DNA of 64,000 nt from a virus. The DNA is taken from positions 29,844 through 93,843 of IMG/VR virus record IMGVR_UViG_3300030012_002828; one strand, given 5' to 3'. A model generated the notes under the pieces. That model had not been told where the DNA came from. It searched no databases and was given only the letters and a program-made list of their open reading frames with translations. A program made the position numbers and the translations under genes. Shown one piece after another: positions 49,839 through 59,052 of the stretch; the stretch's first letter is position 1, and each line of letters begins with the position of its first letter.

Positions 49839-51039
49839 CCCAATCCAACCTTATTTCATCTTGATTTTCTTCATGCTCTTGAATATATCGTCTAACCGTA
49901 GAAACTAATTTAACAAGCATTGTATCATTCATACAAGCAAATGCTCTTGCTGCAAATTGGTCGCCAACACTTGCACCACTTGATAAATTATCAATACAAA
50001 TTGGGCCAGCCCAATAAGGTTCTTTATCAGTATTATTTATTACATTATCTAATACAGTAATTGCTTGACCTTCGCCTAATCTTTTTGTTGTCAAAACATA
50101 TGTACTAACATCTTGTATTCCACGCTTTGATTGATTATCAACAACCATCCAATCAGCATAAGTACCTCTAATAAACATAGCCAAAACTTCTTGTCCGTTT
50201 CTTACAAATTTACCTTTAGTAACATTATCATATTTATTAACCATATCATTAAATAATTGCATAGCCCTTTGTTCAGCCAAATCGCTTCTTCTATTCTGTT
50301 TCAAAAACTCTTTCATGATTTTGATTTGTGCAGGAGTTCCTTTTGTTCCAACAGTTCTAAACCAAAGTTCAGCAGGAGAAACCATATACCATTTTCCTGA
50401 ACGCTTATTATACAAATAAGAATTAACAAAAGTATTTAGATTCTTTGTACTTATTTCTCCCCAAACACCACTACTAATTTCAAGTGCATAATTATCCGGT
50501 GCAATTCTCATTAAAGACAATCTTGTATTTCTCTCTTTGACTTCTAATCCTTCTCTCTCAAAGAATTTGTATGGCACTCTATTTTCCATAGCATAAGAAA
50601 CATTTTCAGGTACTTCAATACATCTTAAGAAATAATCATCTAATGCTTCTTGTGCTTCTTCACCTTCTCCGTTAATATAAGCAGAACGCATAATAGTTCT
50701 ACTAATTGCTTTCATTATGGTATCTAAGTTAGCAAAATCACCATTAGCATTATATCTATTACCAATTTTTCTAAGACAAACCAAGTATTTACATTTACCA
50801 ATTCTCATAAACAATGTTTGTCTTTCATCTTTTCTAACCAATTGCGTTAAATTTAATGTGCCTTTCAATGTATTATGAATACTCTCAATAGTCGGTTCTT
50901 TAGAAATATTATTTCTTTGTCTTTGTGCCCAAATATCTACATTTCTATCTCTTGTAAATTTACTACAAGATAGTGTTGTTTCCAATACTGAATTTCTATC
51001 GTCGCTTGCGTGTCTTACTCTAAAAGTTACTGTTCCCAT
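49786..51039 (-). CDS. 417-aa protein with candidate E2-like C-terminal active-site motif
   Basis: 'GPICIDNL' resembles the UBC consensus GxICLxxL; two genes upstream of E1. Confidence 0.45.
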   Translation of the reverse strand: MGTVTFRVRHASDDRNSVLETTLSCSKFTRDRNVDIWAQRQRNNISKEPTIESIHNTLKGTLNLTQLVRKDERQTLFMRIGKCKYLVCLRKIGNRYNANGDFANLDTIMKAISRTIMRSAYINGEGEEAQEALDDYFLRCIEVPENVSYAMENRVPYKFFEREGLEVKERNTRLSLMRIAPDNYALEISSGVWGEISTKNLNTFVNSYLYNKRSGKWYMVSPAELWFRTVGTKGTPAQIKIMKEFLKQNRRSDLAEQRAMQLFNDMVNKYDNVTKGKFVRNGQEVLAMFIRGTYADWMVVDNQSKRGIQDVSTYVLTTKRLGEGQAITVLDNVINNTDKEPYWAGPICIDNLSSGASVGDQFAARAFACMNDTMLVKLVSTVRRYIQEHEENQDEIRLDWDAMCKLSSEAPELKQRD

Positions 51040-51040
51040 T

Positions 51041-52249
51041 TTATTCTCTCCTTAATAGTTCGCCAATCAAATCGCTGGCTTCTGTTTTTGTCATACCATA
51101 AGTTATTTCTCCGCCTAATCTTTTGATATAATTAATTTGTTTAGTTGTGGCGGGTTCATCTAATTGTGCTACTTCGGGCATAATTATTTTTATAATCCTT
51201 GTTAATTGTTTGGGCGAAAGTTGCTGTTGTCTAACAATTTTATTTTTCATGTCAGTTAAGAAAGTTCTTTCCCAATTATTTTTACCTTGCTCTACTGTAA
51301 AAGGTGGTAAATCATAATATTCACAAGCCTTTGCTAATGTTTCATTTTCTTGTTCATTAATTGCTTGATTGCGAATTTTTGATGCTTCTTCTTTAATCAT
51401 CATTCTTCTTTGTTCAGCCAATTCATCTTGCTTTGCTTGTTGTTCTCGAACATAAGATTTTCTTTGTTCTATTTCTTCCATTTGCATATCTAATTGCTTT
51501 TCAAATTTCTGTGCTTTAGCAAATAATAGTTGAACATCTCTCCATAATTTTTCATTAGGATAACCTCTTGTTTCAATTTGTCTTCTTGGATTATCAGGAT
51601 GATTCCATCTCCAAACAACAGAAGGCATTTTACCTAATGAATTGACTTTTGTTTTTGCAATAACCATTTTATCTTCATGTCTTTTTGTGGCTGGATTCCA
51701 ATATTTACCATTAGCACGAACATTGATTCTTAAATCTAATTCTTTTACTTCGTTAAACATTTCTTCCCAATCTTCACCATTTTCTTTCCACCACCATTCG
51801 GCTTTCATAGTTTTAACCGATTCTTTCATCCATTCGACAATTTTTTCTTCAGTAATTGCATTAGCAGGAATACCTTTATTCTCTTTTAAATGTCTAATAA
51901 TCATCCAATTTGTAATGTGTTCACTACCAAGAATTTCTAATACTCCATTTTCAGTATTCTCTACTTCAAAATGCCAAGCAATAGGATGTCCACAAACACA
52001 ATAATTAGGATGATTACTTCTATGGGGTTCGGGTATTTCAAGATATTCTGTATTAATATATCTCATAGGTCTATACCAAACATTACCCGTTGCTCTCCAT
52101 TCATGTTTTACTTCATCCCAATCATCAGATACACTAATTTCAGTTAATCTATTAATTAATGCTTGATTCAAAGCACCGCTTTTAATATTAATTTCATGAT
52201 TATGTTCTCCTTCAATATGATAATCTATAAAATCTTCCACATTAATCAC
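51041..52249 (-). CDS. Hypothetical protein (CxCGHPI motif; C-terminal PAT.KQ..YI..LG module)
   Basis: Long ORF in the operon. Confidence 0.6.
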   Translation of the reverse strand: MINVEDFIDYHIEGEHNHEINIKSGALNQALINRLTEISVSDDWDEVKHEWRATGNVWYRPMRYINTEYLEIPEPHRSNHPNYCVCGHPIAWHFEVENTENGVLEILGSEHITNWMIIRHLKENKGIPANAITEEKIVEWMKESVKTMKAEWWWKENGEDWEEMFNEVKELDLRINVRANGKYWNPATKRHEDKMVIAKTKVNSLGKMPSVVWRWNHPDNPRRQIETRGYPNEKLWRDVQLLFAKAQKFEKQLDMQMEEIEQRKSYVREQQAKQDELAEQRRMMIKEEASKIRNQAINEQENETLAKACEYYDLPPFTVEQGKNNWERTFLTDMKNKIVRQQQLSPKQLTRIIKIIMPEVAQLDEPATTKQINYIKRLGGEITYGMTKTEASDLIGELLRRE

Positions 52250-52488
52250 TCCATATCTGCATTAAACAACTGTTGTTCAAGATAACCGTCACACATTTGA
52301 TTTAGTTTTTCTGCTAAACTTTGTGTAATTCCCGGAATTGTACTTCTGTTTAAACTAAGCCAAATAGTATGTGCTCTATTCAATACAATAATACAACCAT
52401 TATCATGTTCATTCTTTTTAATTACCACCGGTGGCATTTCTTCGCTTTCTATCAATCTAAATTCTACTTCTTTCTTTTTGTTTATCAT
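52246..52488 (-). CDS. Hypothetical protein
   Basis: Coupled ORF. Confidence 0.55.
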   Translation of the reverse strand: MINKKKEVEFRLIESEEMPPVVIKKNEHDNGCIIVLNRAHTIWLSLNRSTIPGITQSLAEKLNQMCDGYLEQQLFNADME

Positions 52489-52494
52489 TTTCTA

Positions 52495-52710
52495 TCACTC
52501 CAAATTCATTAAGTGTGTTAAAGGGTCTGTTTTCATTAATTGTCTACTTAGTATAATGTGCGGAAACTTAGATAATAACATTGGTATTATCTTGTTCCAA
52601 TCAATTTGACTATCGTATTGTTTTGTCCAAACACTACCGTTTGCTTTTAACGATGTTATCCTTACCACTTCATATTTTTCTTCATTTTCATAATCCTTGC
52701 TTTCGCTCAT
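52495..52710 (-). CDS. Hypothetical protein
   Basis: ORF with GTGA SD. Confidence 0.55.
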   Translation of the reverse strand: MSESKDYENEEKYEVVRITSLKANGSVWTKQYDSQIDWNKIIPMLLSKFPHIILSRQLMKTDPLTHLMNLE

Positions 52711-52821
52711 TCTATCACTTCACTTTTTTTCTTTATTTTTTTAAATTCTTAAATTACCAGAAATTTTCTTTACAACTCAGAAAATTTTCGATTATTCAGA
52801 ATTTATATGACACAAAATGTA

Positions 52822-54681
52822 TCATATTTCACAAAGGCCACCTGCACACGCAATCTCGCCTTGTAAATCTGTATTATCTTCTGTTTCAATAATCTTAGTC
52901 AAGTCTATTTCTTCAAGACCTGCTATCATTTGTTCGTACTGTAATCGAGTTATTGACTCAAAAGGTGCTTGAACATATGTACCCCCATCAAAGGGCAATA
53001 CAGACAAACCATTGTAGTATTTTCTATTATTCCACATCCAATTTCCTACTTCATCCCACTCCCATTTTCTAATTGAAATTGTAGCAGAAACATTATGAGT
53101 ATTCATACCTAATGTATGACCTTTATTTACCCAATTAGTTGCTACATATTTTACCCTTTCAAGTAATTGAATTGCATCTTCAGTTCTTGTTGTAGAACCT
53201 TCGGGTGCTTTTTGAGGTAAAGAAATTACAGCAGTATCATGTGGTCTAAATTGTTCATCTTCTATTATAGAAGGATGATTATTTACTAAGTAATTATAAA
53301 TTGCTTCATTCTTACCTACTCTAACTCTTCTAATATAATAATCATCATGCCAAGCATGAATACCTGATGAAGTTCCTAATACACAAGATGTAGTTCCGGC
53401 AGGTTTAATACAAGTAATTCTTGCCGCAGGATTTATTCCTATTTGTTCTGCAATTAATTTATTAACAGACTTTGATATTTCTGCCGCTTGTTGTAAATCT
53501 AATCCTTTTAGTTTATTAGATGCAATACCTGTCATACTAACTCCAAGTAAAGCATCTTTTTCTGTTGTAGTTTTCCATGTTTCTCTCAAATAATGGAAAT
53601 CAGTATATCCTGCTTGTAAAGTTCCCAATACAGTTGCCGCACTAACTCTTGAATTTAAATCATCTTGGTCTACTACATCGGAAACATTAATTTCTGTTAG
53701 ATTACAAAATTGATTTGGTCTTAATGCAATTTCACAACAAGGGTTAGTTCCCCAATCTTTATCGTTTGAGAAATAAATCCCGGGTTCTCCAGAACCTGAT
53801 TCTCTAATTCTTTTCCATAATTTCATAAAGTAATCTTTATCAATTCTACTTCTAATAAGAACGGCTGAATTATTAGCCCTTCCTCTTTGAGGATTTAACT
53901 CCCACCAATTACCAGATTTAGCAGTTATCATATCCATATCATCTGCACTAAATAAAGAAATCAAAGCGGCTCTACGAATACCACCCGCTAAAACTGCATC
54001 AGCAATATGACACATTATATCATGTGCTTGAATAGGAGTTATTTTATCTCCAGTTTGAACATCTTTTAGTATTCCTTCTACTTTAACTAAACATTCTTTT
54101 AATGGTTGAGGGCCGGGTGCTTTTCCTCCTGAAGTAATTAATCTTTCACCTTTTGCTCGAATATCAGAATAATCAAATATTGGTGTACTTGCAAGTCTAC
54201 CAAAATAAGATTTAACTAATACCTTAATTGCATCTGCCCAACCTTCAATTGAATCACCAATTAAATATCGCCTTGTTCTTTTAGGGTTAGGTTGTTTAAT
54301 TTCCGGTAGTTTATCTATATGATTATACTGTACTGAATAACCGACACCTGTTCCACCAAGAAGTAAAAACATTGATTCCCAAAAAGCAGCAATATTATCA
54401 ATTGGTACATATGCACAATTGTATATTCTATTAGGTGCTACTTCTATTGGCTTTCCACCAAATTGTAGACTTCTCATAGAAGGTAATATTTTCTTTGGTT
54501 GTACAAAATTAGTGTATACATCCATTATCTGTTCTTCTAAATTAGGATATTTTTTAATATGCATCATCATATTTCTTGTGCATAATTCATCCCATGTTTC
54601 TCTTCTTTCTTTTTCAGGTACATATTTTGCATACTTCATATGTACAGTTACATCACTTAATATTTTACTTGCTCTTGTCAT
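52822..54681 (-). CDS. nrdJ: Class II (adenosylcobalamin-dependent) ribonucleotide reductase
   Basis: PSMR, NC, GTGVG, RRAA, TNPCCEI, IKPAGT and C-terminal CAGGLC; no beta-subunit gene nearby. Confidence 0.92.
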   Translation of the reverse strand: MTRASKILSDVTVHMKYAKYVPEKERRETWDELCTRNMMMHIKKYPNLEEQIMDVYTNFVQPKKILPSMRSLQFGGKPIEVAPNRIYNCAYVPIDNIAAFWESMFLLLGGTGVGYSVQYNHIDKLPEIKQPNPKRTRRYLIGDSIEGWADAIKVLVKSYFGRLASTPIFDYSDIRAKGERLITSGGKAPGPQPLKECLVKVEGILKDVQTGDKITPIQAHDIMCHIADAVLAGGIRRAALISLFSADDMDMITAKSGNWWELNPQRGRANNSAVLIRSRIDKDYFMKLWKRIRESGSGEPGIYFSNDKDWGTNPCCEIALRPNQFCNLTEINVSDVVDQDDLNSRVSAATVLGTLQAGYTDFHYLRETWKTTTEKDALLGVSMTGIASNKLKGLDLQQAAEISKSVNKLIAEQIGINPAARITCIKPAGTTSCVLGTSSGIHAWHDDYYIRRVRVGKNEAIYNYLVNNHPSIIEDEQFRPHDTAVISLPQKAPEGSTTRTEDAIQLLERVKYVATNWVNKGHTLGMNTHNVSATISIRKWEWDEVGNWMWNNRKYYNGLSVLPFDGGTYVQAPFESITRLQYEQMIAGLEEIDLTKIIETEDNTDLQGEIACAGGLCEI

Positions 54682-55124
54682 TGTTCCACTTCCTTTCTTG
54701 TTGGTAAATTTTCCCATGAATCAAATTGTAGTAAGAGTTTATTTGTTTTCTTCTCTACTATTATCCAATCCATTACTTGTAGCCATTCCCATTCCTTCAT
54801 TTCTCTTATTGCTTCGTCACCGTTAATTTTCACTAATTGGTCTATTTCCCAAAATTCTTTACCTTTATATTTAATTTTAGGGTGTCCACTTGCTTGAATT
54901 ATGCTTTTTCGACTTTCTGCAATTATTGTACCATCAGTATAAAAGTTTGGGTTGGTACAGATAACATTTAAGTCATTAAATTTTTCATGCAATTTTGCTA
55001 AAGATTTGCCCTCTTTACTCTTCCATCCTGATTGTTTTAAATCTAATTCAAACATCTTGGTTGGTATGAAATTGTAGGCTTCTTCGTCTATCTCGTAGTT
55101 ATTGTAAAATTCTGTTATTCTCAT
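54678..55124 (-). CDS. Hypothetical protein
   Basis: ORF with GGTGA SD. Confidence 0.6.
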   Translation of the reverse strand: MRITEFYNNYEIDEEAYNFIPTKMFELDLKQSGWKSKEGKSLAKLHEKFNDLNVICTNPNFYTDGTIIAESRKSIIQASGHPKIKYKGKEFWEIDQLVKINGDEAIREMKEWEWLQVMDWIIVEKKTNKLLLQFDSWENLPTRKEVEQ

Positions 55125-55232
55125 CTTATCACCATATATATTACCTACAATTCACATTATAGGATTTATTTTAAAAAATTACGGTTTTGATAGGCCCGTA
55201 AATACCTGTTTTTCAAAATAATTTAAAGATTA

Positions 55233-55499
55233 TCATAAGTTAGCCTTTGCCATTTTGACTGATGTTACTGATTGAAAATTAATGCCCTTTGTAATATTGT
55301 TTTTATAGCATTCATCGCATATAAAAAACATATTAACTCTATGATTGGCAGTATATCGAGATGCACCATGATTATATTTACTACCATATCCTGCATAGGA
55401 TAATAGCATTAAACCATTTTTAGGGTTTTTTAGTTCTTCACCTTTATCATCTTTCACCTTTTCTATCAATTTGTCACAGCATATACATTCATAATTCAT
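55233..55499 (-). CDS. Small Zn-finger protein
   Basis: CICC..GYGSKY..ICDEC. Confidence 0.6.
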   Translation of the reverse strand: MNYECICCDKLIEKVKDDKGEELKNPKNGLMLLSYAGYGSKYNHGASRYTANHRVNMFFICDECYKNNITKGINFQSVTSVKMAKANL

Positions 55500-55720
55500 A
55501 TTTTCTCACCTACTTTCCTAAATACTTTTCTTACTGAGGATTTAACCTCATGATAAATCCCTTTTGATTTGGGACTTCCTGAAACTGTAATTAACTTTAC
55601 AGTACTTGTCTTTGGGTTCATTACCCTAATTTTAATGTGTTTGCCGATTTGAAAATCAACAATCTTTACATTTAGGGTTTCTATTGCACTCATCATCTTT
55701 TTTATATCTTTTGAGTTCAA
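55496..55720 (-). CDS. HicA-like small basic protein
   Basis: 'GKHIKI..LITVSGSPK..VRK'; TTG start after GAGGTGG. Confidence 0.5.
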   Translation of the reverse strand: MNSKDIKKMMSAIETLNVKIVDFQIGKHIKIRVMNPKTSTVKLITVSGSPKSKGIYHEVKSSVRKVFRKVGEKI

Positions 55721-56040
55721 TTTTCCACCTCTATTCCCTTTGCACCATATTTTGCACAATAAGCATTGAAAGATATAATATTTGCAATACTGTCAATTCT
55801 TATTAGTTGATTATTTGCTCTTTTGTCATGGTATTGTTTAGCAAATTCTGTAAGTATAACCTCACATAATTCTGCGGGTAGCCATACTTCCCATTCAGTT
55901 TCAAAAACATGAAGAAATGCGCCAACCAATCCTTCTTCTCTTTCAATTCTTATTAGATTCTTTTCGTATTTTTTCTCATCCCTTAGTTCTTTAAACTTTT
56001 TAGGTAAATAACATAATGCTTTCCATAGTTCTCTAATCAT
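55717..56040 (-). CDS. Hypothetical protein
   Basis: Coupled ORF. Confidence 0.55.
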   Translation of the reverse strand: MIRELWKALCYLPKKFKELRDEKKYEKNLIRIEREEGLVGAFLHVFETEWEVWLPAELCEVILTEFAKQYHDKRANNQLIRIDSIANIISFNAYCAKYGAKGIEVEN

Positions 56041-56444
56041 TCAAAGTTCGCCTCCTTCTGGAAATAAATAAAAATATCTTTTGCATGAGCAAAAGTTTGT
56101 TTAGAATTTTTACCATTTTGATATGGAATATTCCTATGTAAATAATTGTTCAATTTTTCTATAATGTAATAGTTTTTCCATTCAAGATAATCTTCAGGGT
56201 CAGTTAAATTTCTTGGATTAATCCACCATGAATGAGTGTGTCTAACTTCTTTGTCATCTACTTCTGATAACCATTCTTTTAATAAAGTTTCAAACCCTTT
56301 ATGTTGAACGGGATATTTCATAAAATGCATTGGATGTGCATGATTTACCCATTCTATATAATCTTCTTTTTTATTTTTTCCCAATGCTATTCTTGCAATT
56401 TCAATAAATTCTTCATAGCCATCTTCTCTTCTCCAAAAACTCAT
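56037..56444 (-). CDS. Hypothetical protein
   Basis: Start MSFWRR after GAGG; the track start lies inside the terminator. Confidence 0.6.
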   Translation of the reverse strand: MSFWRREDGYEEFIEIARIALGKNKKEDYIEWVNHAHPMHFMKYPVQHKGFETLLKEWLSEVDDKEVRHTHSWWINPRNLTDPEDYLEWKNYYIIEKLNNYLHRNIPYQNGKNSKQTFAHAKDIFIYFQKEANFE

Positions 56445-56460
56445 AATAAATTCCTCAAAT

Positions 56461-56499
56461 AAAAAAAGCCCCCACCGATTCCGAAGAATCAGCAGGGGC
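56461..56499 (-). terminator. Hairpin terminator with UUCG loop downstream of the Ubl gene
   Basis: GCCCCTGCTGATTC-TTCG-GAATCGGTGGGGGC followed by a T run. Confidence 0.8.
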
Positions 56500-56558
56500 A
56501 TTAATACTAATTACTCGTAATTAGTGTGCTTATAATAATTTATATTACAAAATCTAAT

Positions 56559-56783
56559 TTAGAATCCGTCATCGAAGTCTTCACAACCACCAACAATTGC
56601 TTGAGCCAATACGACTTCATCAACCGCATTAAAATCAATGTTAGCAATTTCTTCTCTTGTAACCAATTCTCCATCAACATAAGCCCAATGGGTAGGATGG
56701 TCAATTATTTGGTCAAGTGCTTCACTTGCACTTAGAGTTAGTTCTGTGTGTCCTGTTTCATTCAATATTGTTATTTTTACCAT
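56559..56783 (-). CDS. Ubiquitin-like (ThiS/MoaD/SAMP beta-grasp) protein precursor
   Basis: MVKITIL..., 'AYVDGELV', 'DEVVLAQAIVGG' plus extension CEDFDDGF; strong SD AGGAAGTGA. Confidence 0.75.
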   Translation of the reverse strand: MVKITILNETGHTELTLSASEALDQIIDHPTHWAYVDGELVTREEIANIDFNAVDEVVLAQAIVGGCEDFDDGF

Positions 56784-56799
56784 TTTTTCACTTCCTTAT

Positions 56800-57159
56800 T
56801 TATTCTTCATTCCATAGTGGAGTTCCGTTTTCAGATAGAGTTCCGCCACTTGTAATATGTTTTACAATTGCTTTTTCCATCTTCCTTCGTGTACTATCCA
56901 TTCTCTTTTCACTTACAACATTCAAGTTAGATAGAGTGGTTAGAGTTTGATTGATGAAATCCTTTGCCAATTCAAATTGTGCATTTTGGTTTTCGTCAAG
57001 ATATACTCCACCTGTTGCACGACTCATAATTCTACGGAGTTCAAAATCCGTAATAAGTCCTGCTTCTACCTGTTCTTTCAACATTGTTTCCAATTCATTT
57101 ACATTCTTGCTCATTTCTTCACTTCCTTTGTGTTTGGACTTAAGGCAGTTCCTCACCAT
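56800..57159 (-). CDS. Hypothetical protein, probably co-transcribed with the Ubl gene
   Basis: Likely start MSKNV after AGGAAGTGA. Confidence 0.6.
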   Translation of the reverse strand: MVRNCLKSKHKGSEEMSKNVNELETMLKEQVEAGLITDFELRRIMSRATGGVYLDENQNAQFELAKDFINQTLTTLSNLNVVSEKRMDSTRRKMEKAIVKHITSGGTLSENGTPLWNEE

Positions 57160-57266
57160 ATTTACATAATAAACTGAGTCTATAAAGATTCTTGTAAATT
57201 ATGTCTGCTATAATGATAATTTATCATCATATTAAACCGCACATATTGTACAGTTTTAGAATCGCA

Positions 57267-57500
57267 TCATTTTTTCATTCTCCATATCTTTGTATCGTAT
57301 GTACTTAGAGTAATACTCGAAACTTTTCTTGTTTCAACCTTTTCAAAGTATGGGGTTTTGGCTAATACATTACACAATGCTGATGTCGTTATTCCATTTT
57401 TATCTATTCGATTAATGTGGGCATAAATTTCCATTGTAGATTTTTCACCATTCTCTTCTAAAAACTTAACAATCTTTTTCTTAATTCTTTTGTATTTCAT
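57267..57500 (-). CDS. Winged-helix DNA-binding protein
   Basis: 'FLEENGEKSTMEIYAHI...LCNVL...W' wHTH pattern. Confidence 0.6.
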   Translation of the reverse strand: MKYKRIKKKIVKFLEENGEKSTMEIYAHINRIDKNGITTSALCNVLAKTPYFEKVETRKVSSITLSTYDTKIWRMKK

Positions 57501-57664
57501 TTAATCACCTTTGCCATATAATGCCTGTATGAGAATTACCGCATTTACAACAAACTGATTTACTAAAAAGAACACTTTTCGTATCGTCATAAAATCTTTC
57601 TATATCAAGTTCCCCATTACATTTTTCCCATGCAATACCTGAACCTAATTCACCATATTTTTTC

Positions 57665-57913
57665 TCACACTTCATCTTCTTCACCTTGTAGATTAGACAC
57701 TATTTTTTCTATATCATTAACTAAGTTTTTAACTACTTCAAGTTTGTCATCTATATTTTCTTTCCACTTTTTAAGTTGCTCGGCTTTTCTAATCAAGTTT
57801 CTACCATCTACTAAACATTCAGTACATAGAAACTTTTCACCTATACTTAATTTGCAATTACAAAAAGCACAGTTAATCAGTTTGGGTTTTATTATTTTCT
57901 TCTTCATATTCAT
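57665..57913 (-). CDS. Zn-finger/coiled-coil protein
   Basis: CAFC..CTEC. Confidence 0.55.
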   Translation of the reverse strand: MNMKKKIIKPKLINCAFCNCKLSIGEKFLCTECLVDGRNLIRKAEQLKKWKENIDDKLEVVKNLVNDIEKIVSNLQGEEDEV

Positions 57914-58048
57914 TCCTCATTTGTTTTGCAATTGCTTTACATTTGTGCCAATTGCCTGCACGACCATTACAAAATATATACCAAGCGATTTTATCTTCGC
58001 TAAATCCATTTTCTAACATATAGTGAATCTTTTTCATTTTGCCCACGG

Positions 58049-58312
58049 TTATTCCTCCCTAATTTGAATTAATAGTAATGCGAGATAACCAATTAAATCT
58101 TTGACAACATCTTCATCAGATTCCATACTATCATTACCTTGCATTAATCTATTGAGTTTATCATCAATTCTAATTCTTAGCCCTTCGTCAATTCCTGCTT
58201 TTGAAAAAACCCTAATTGGGTTCATCACAGAATCGCCATATTGTTCATTCTTTTGAATTAGGAAATCCCTAATTTCATCCATCGTTTCTTTTATTTTCTT
58301 TTTTGTTTCCAT
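58049..58312 (-). CDS. Nucleotide-modification-associated domain (DUF1599-like) protein
   Basis: KNEQYGDS, RIDDKLNRL, DLIGY. Confidence 0.75.
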   Translation of the reverse strand: METKKKIKETMDEIRDFLIQKNEQYGDSVMNPIRVFSKAGIDEGLRIRIDDKLNRLMQGNDSMESDEDVVKDLIGYLALLLIQIREE

Positions 58313-58375
58313 ACAACCACAACATTCCTTGTCTTTTTCATTTAATTCAAAACTTTATCTGATACAAATTGTAGG

Positions 58376-58675
58376 CTTTTCCCATTATCCCATAGTACAA
58401 AATGTATGAGATAATATTTTGCATAAGATAATTCAGTTTTCTTAATCATTTTGATACCTTTTCCCATTATCCCACTTTTCCCACACTTTGCCCCTCTCAC
58501 ATATATACACAAATATATACACAAATAGAGAGAGAAGTAAGGTAAGTAAGTAAGAAAGAAAAGGGAAAAGGGGAAAAGATACTAAAATAAACATAATGAT
58601 TAATATAATACAATTATCTATAACAAAATGTTTTCTCATAAGAATGGGAAAAGATGGGAATTCCCATCGGGAAAA
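58376..58675. repeat. Iterated, inverted CTTTTCCCA/TGGGAAAAG motifs; candidate replication origin
   Basis: 17-bp direct repeat at 58376 and 58458, ATATATACACAA x2, inverted copies at 58563-58675, perfect palindrome 58653-58668. Confidence 0.55.
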
Positions 58676-59052
58676 TTATCTAATACAAAATGACTTAGTT
58701 CTATTAACAGAATAAAGATGAAGTAGAATAATGAATTATAAATATATTCAACCTATTAGATATAGTTTATATATTGTCTTGGTTATTGTTACATAAATAA
58801 AGCAAAACATTTGAAATATTTTTGATACTATCGAGTAAAAATCGACGCACAATCCGACCCCGACCCACTTATAAGGGGTAGCCCTCTCCTGCTGACCCTG
58901 CCATATGAAGATGTAGAACAATATCCATAAGTTTTACAACCATATGGTTACTAATAATAATCAATTATAATAGCGATTCTTTGAAAAAGCGTAAGAAACC
59001 CCGAAGGGTGGTGAATTTTACGCAGATTCACCAAAAACTGCCGTGATTCTAA

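Noticed and set aside
33965-54681. Inteins or introns in PolB, RFC, ligase or RNR
   Set aside because: Protein lengths are normal and no intein splice motifs or insertions were seen.
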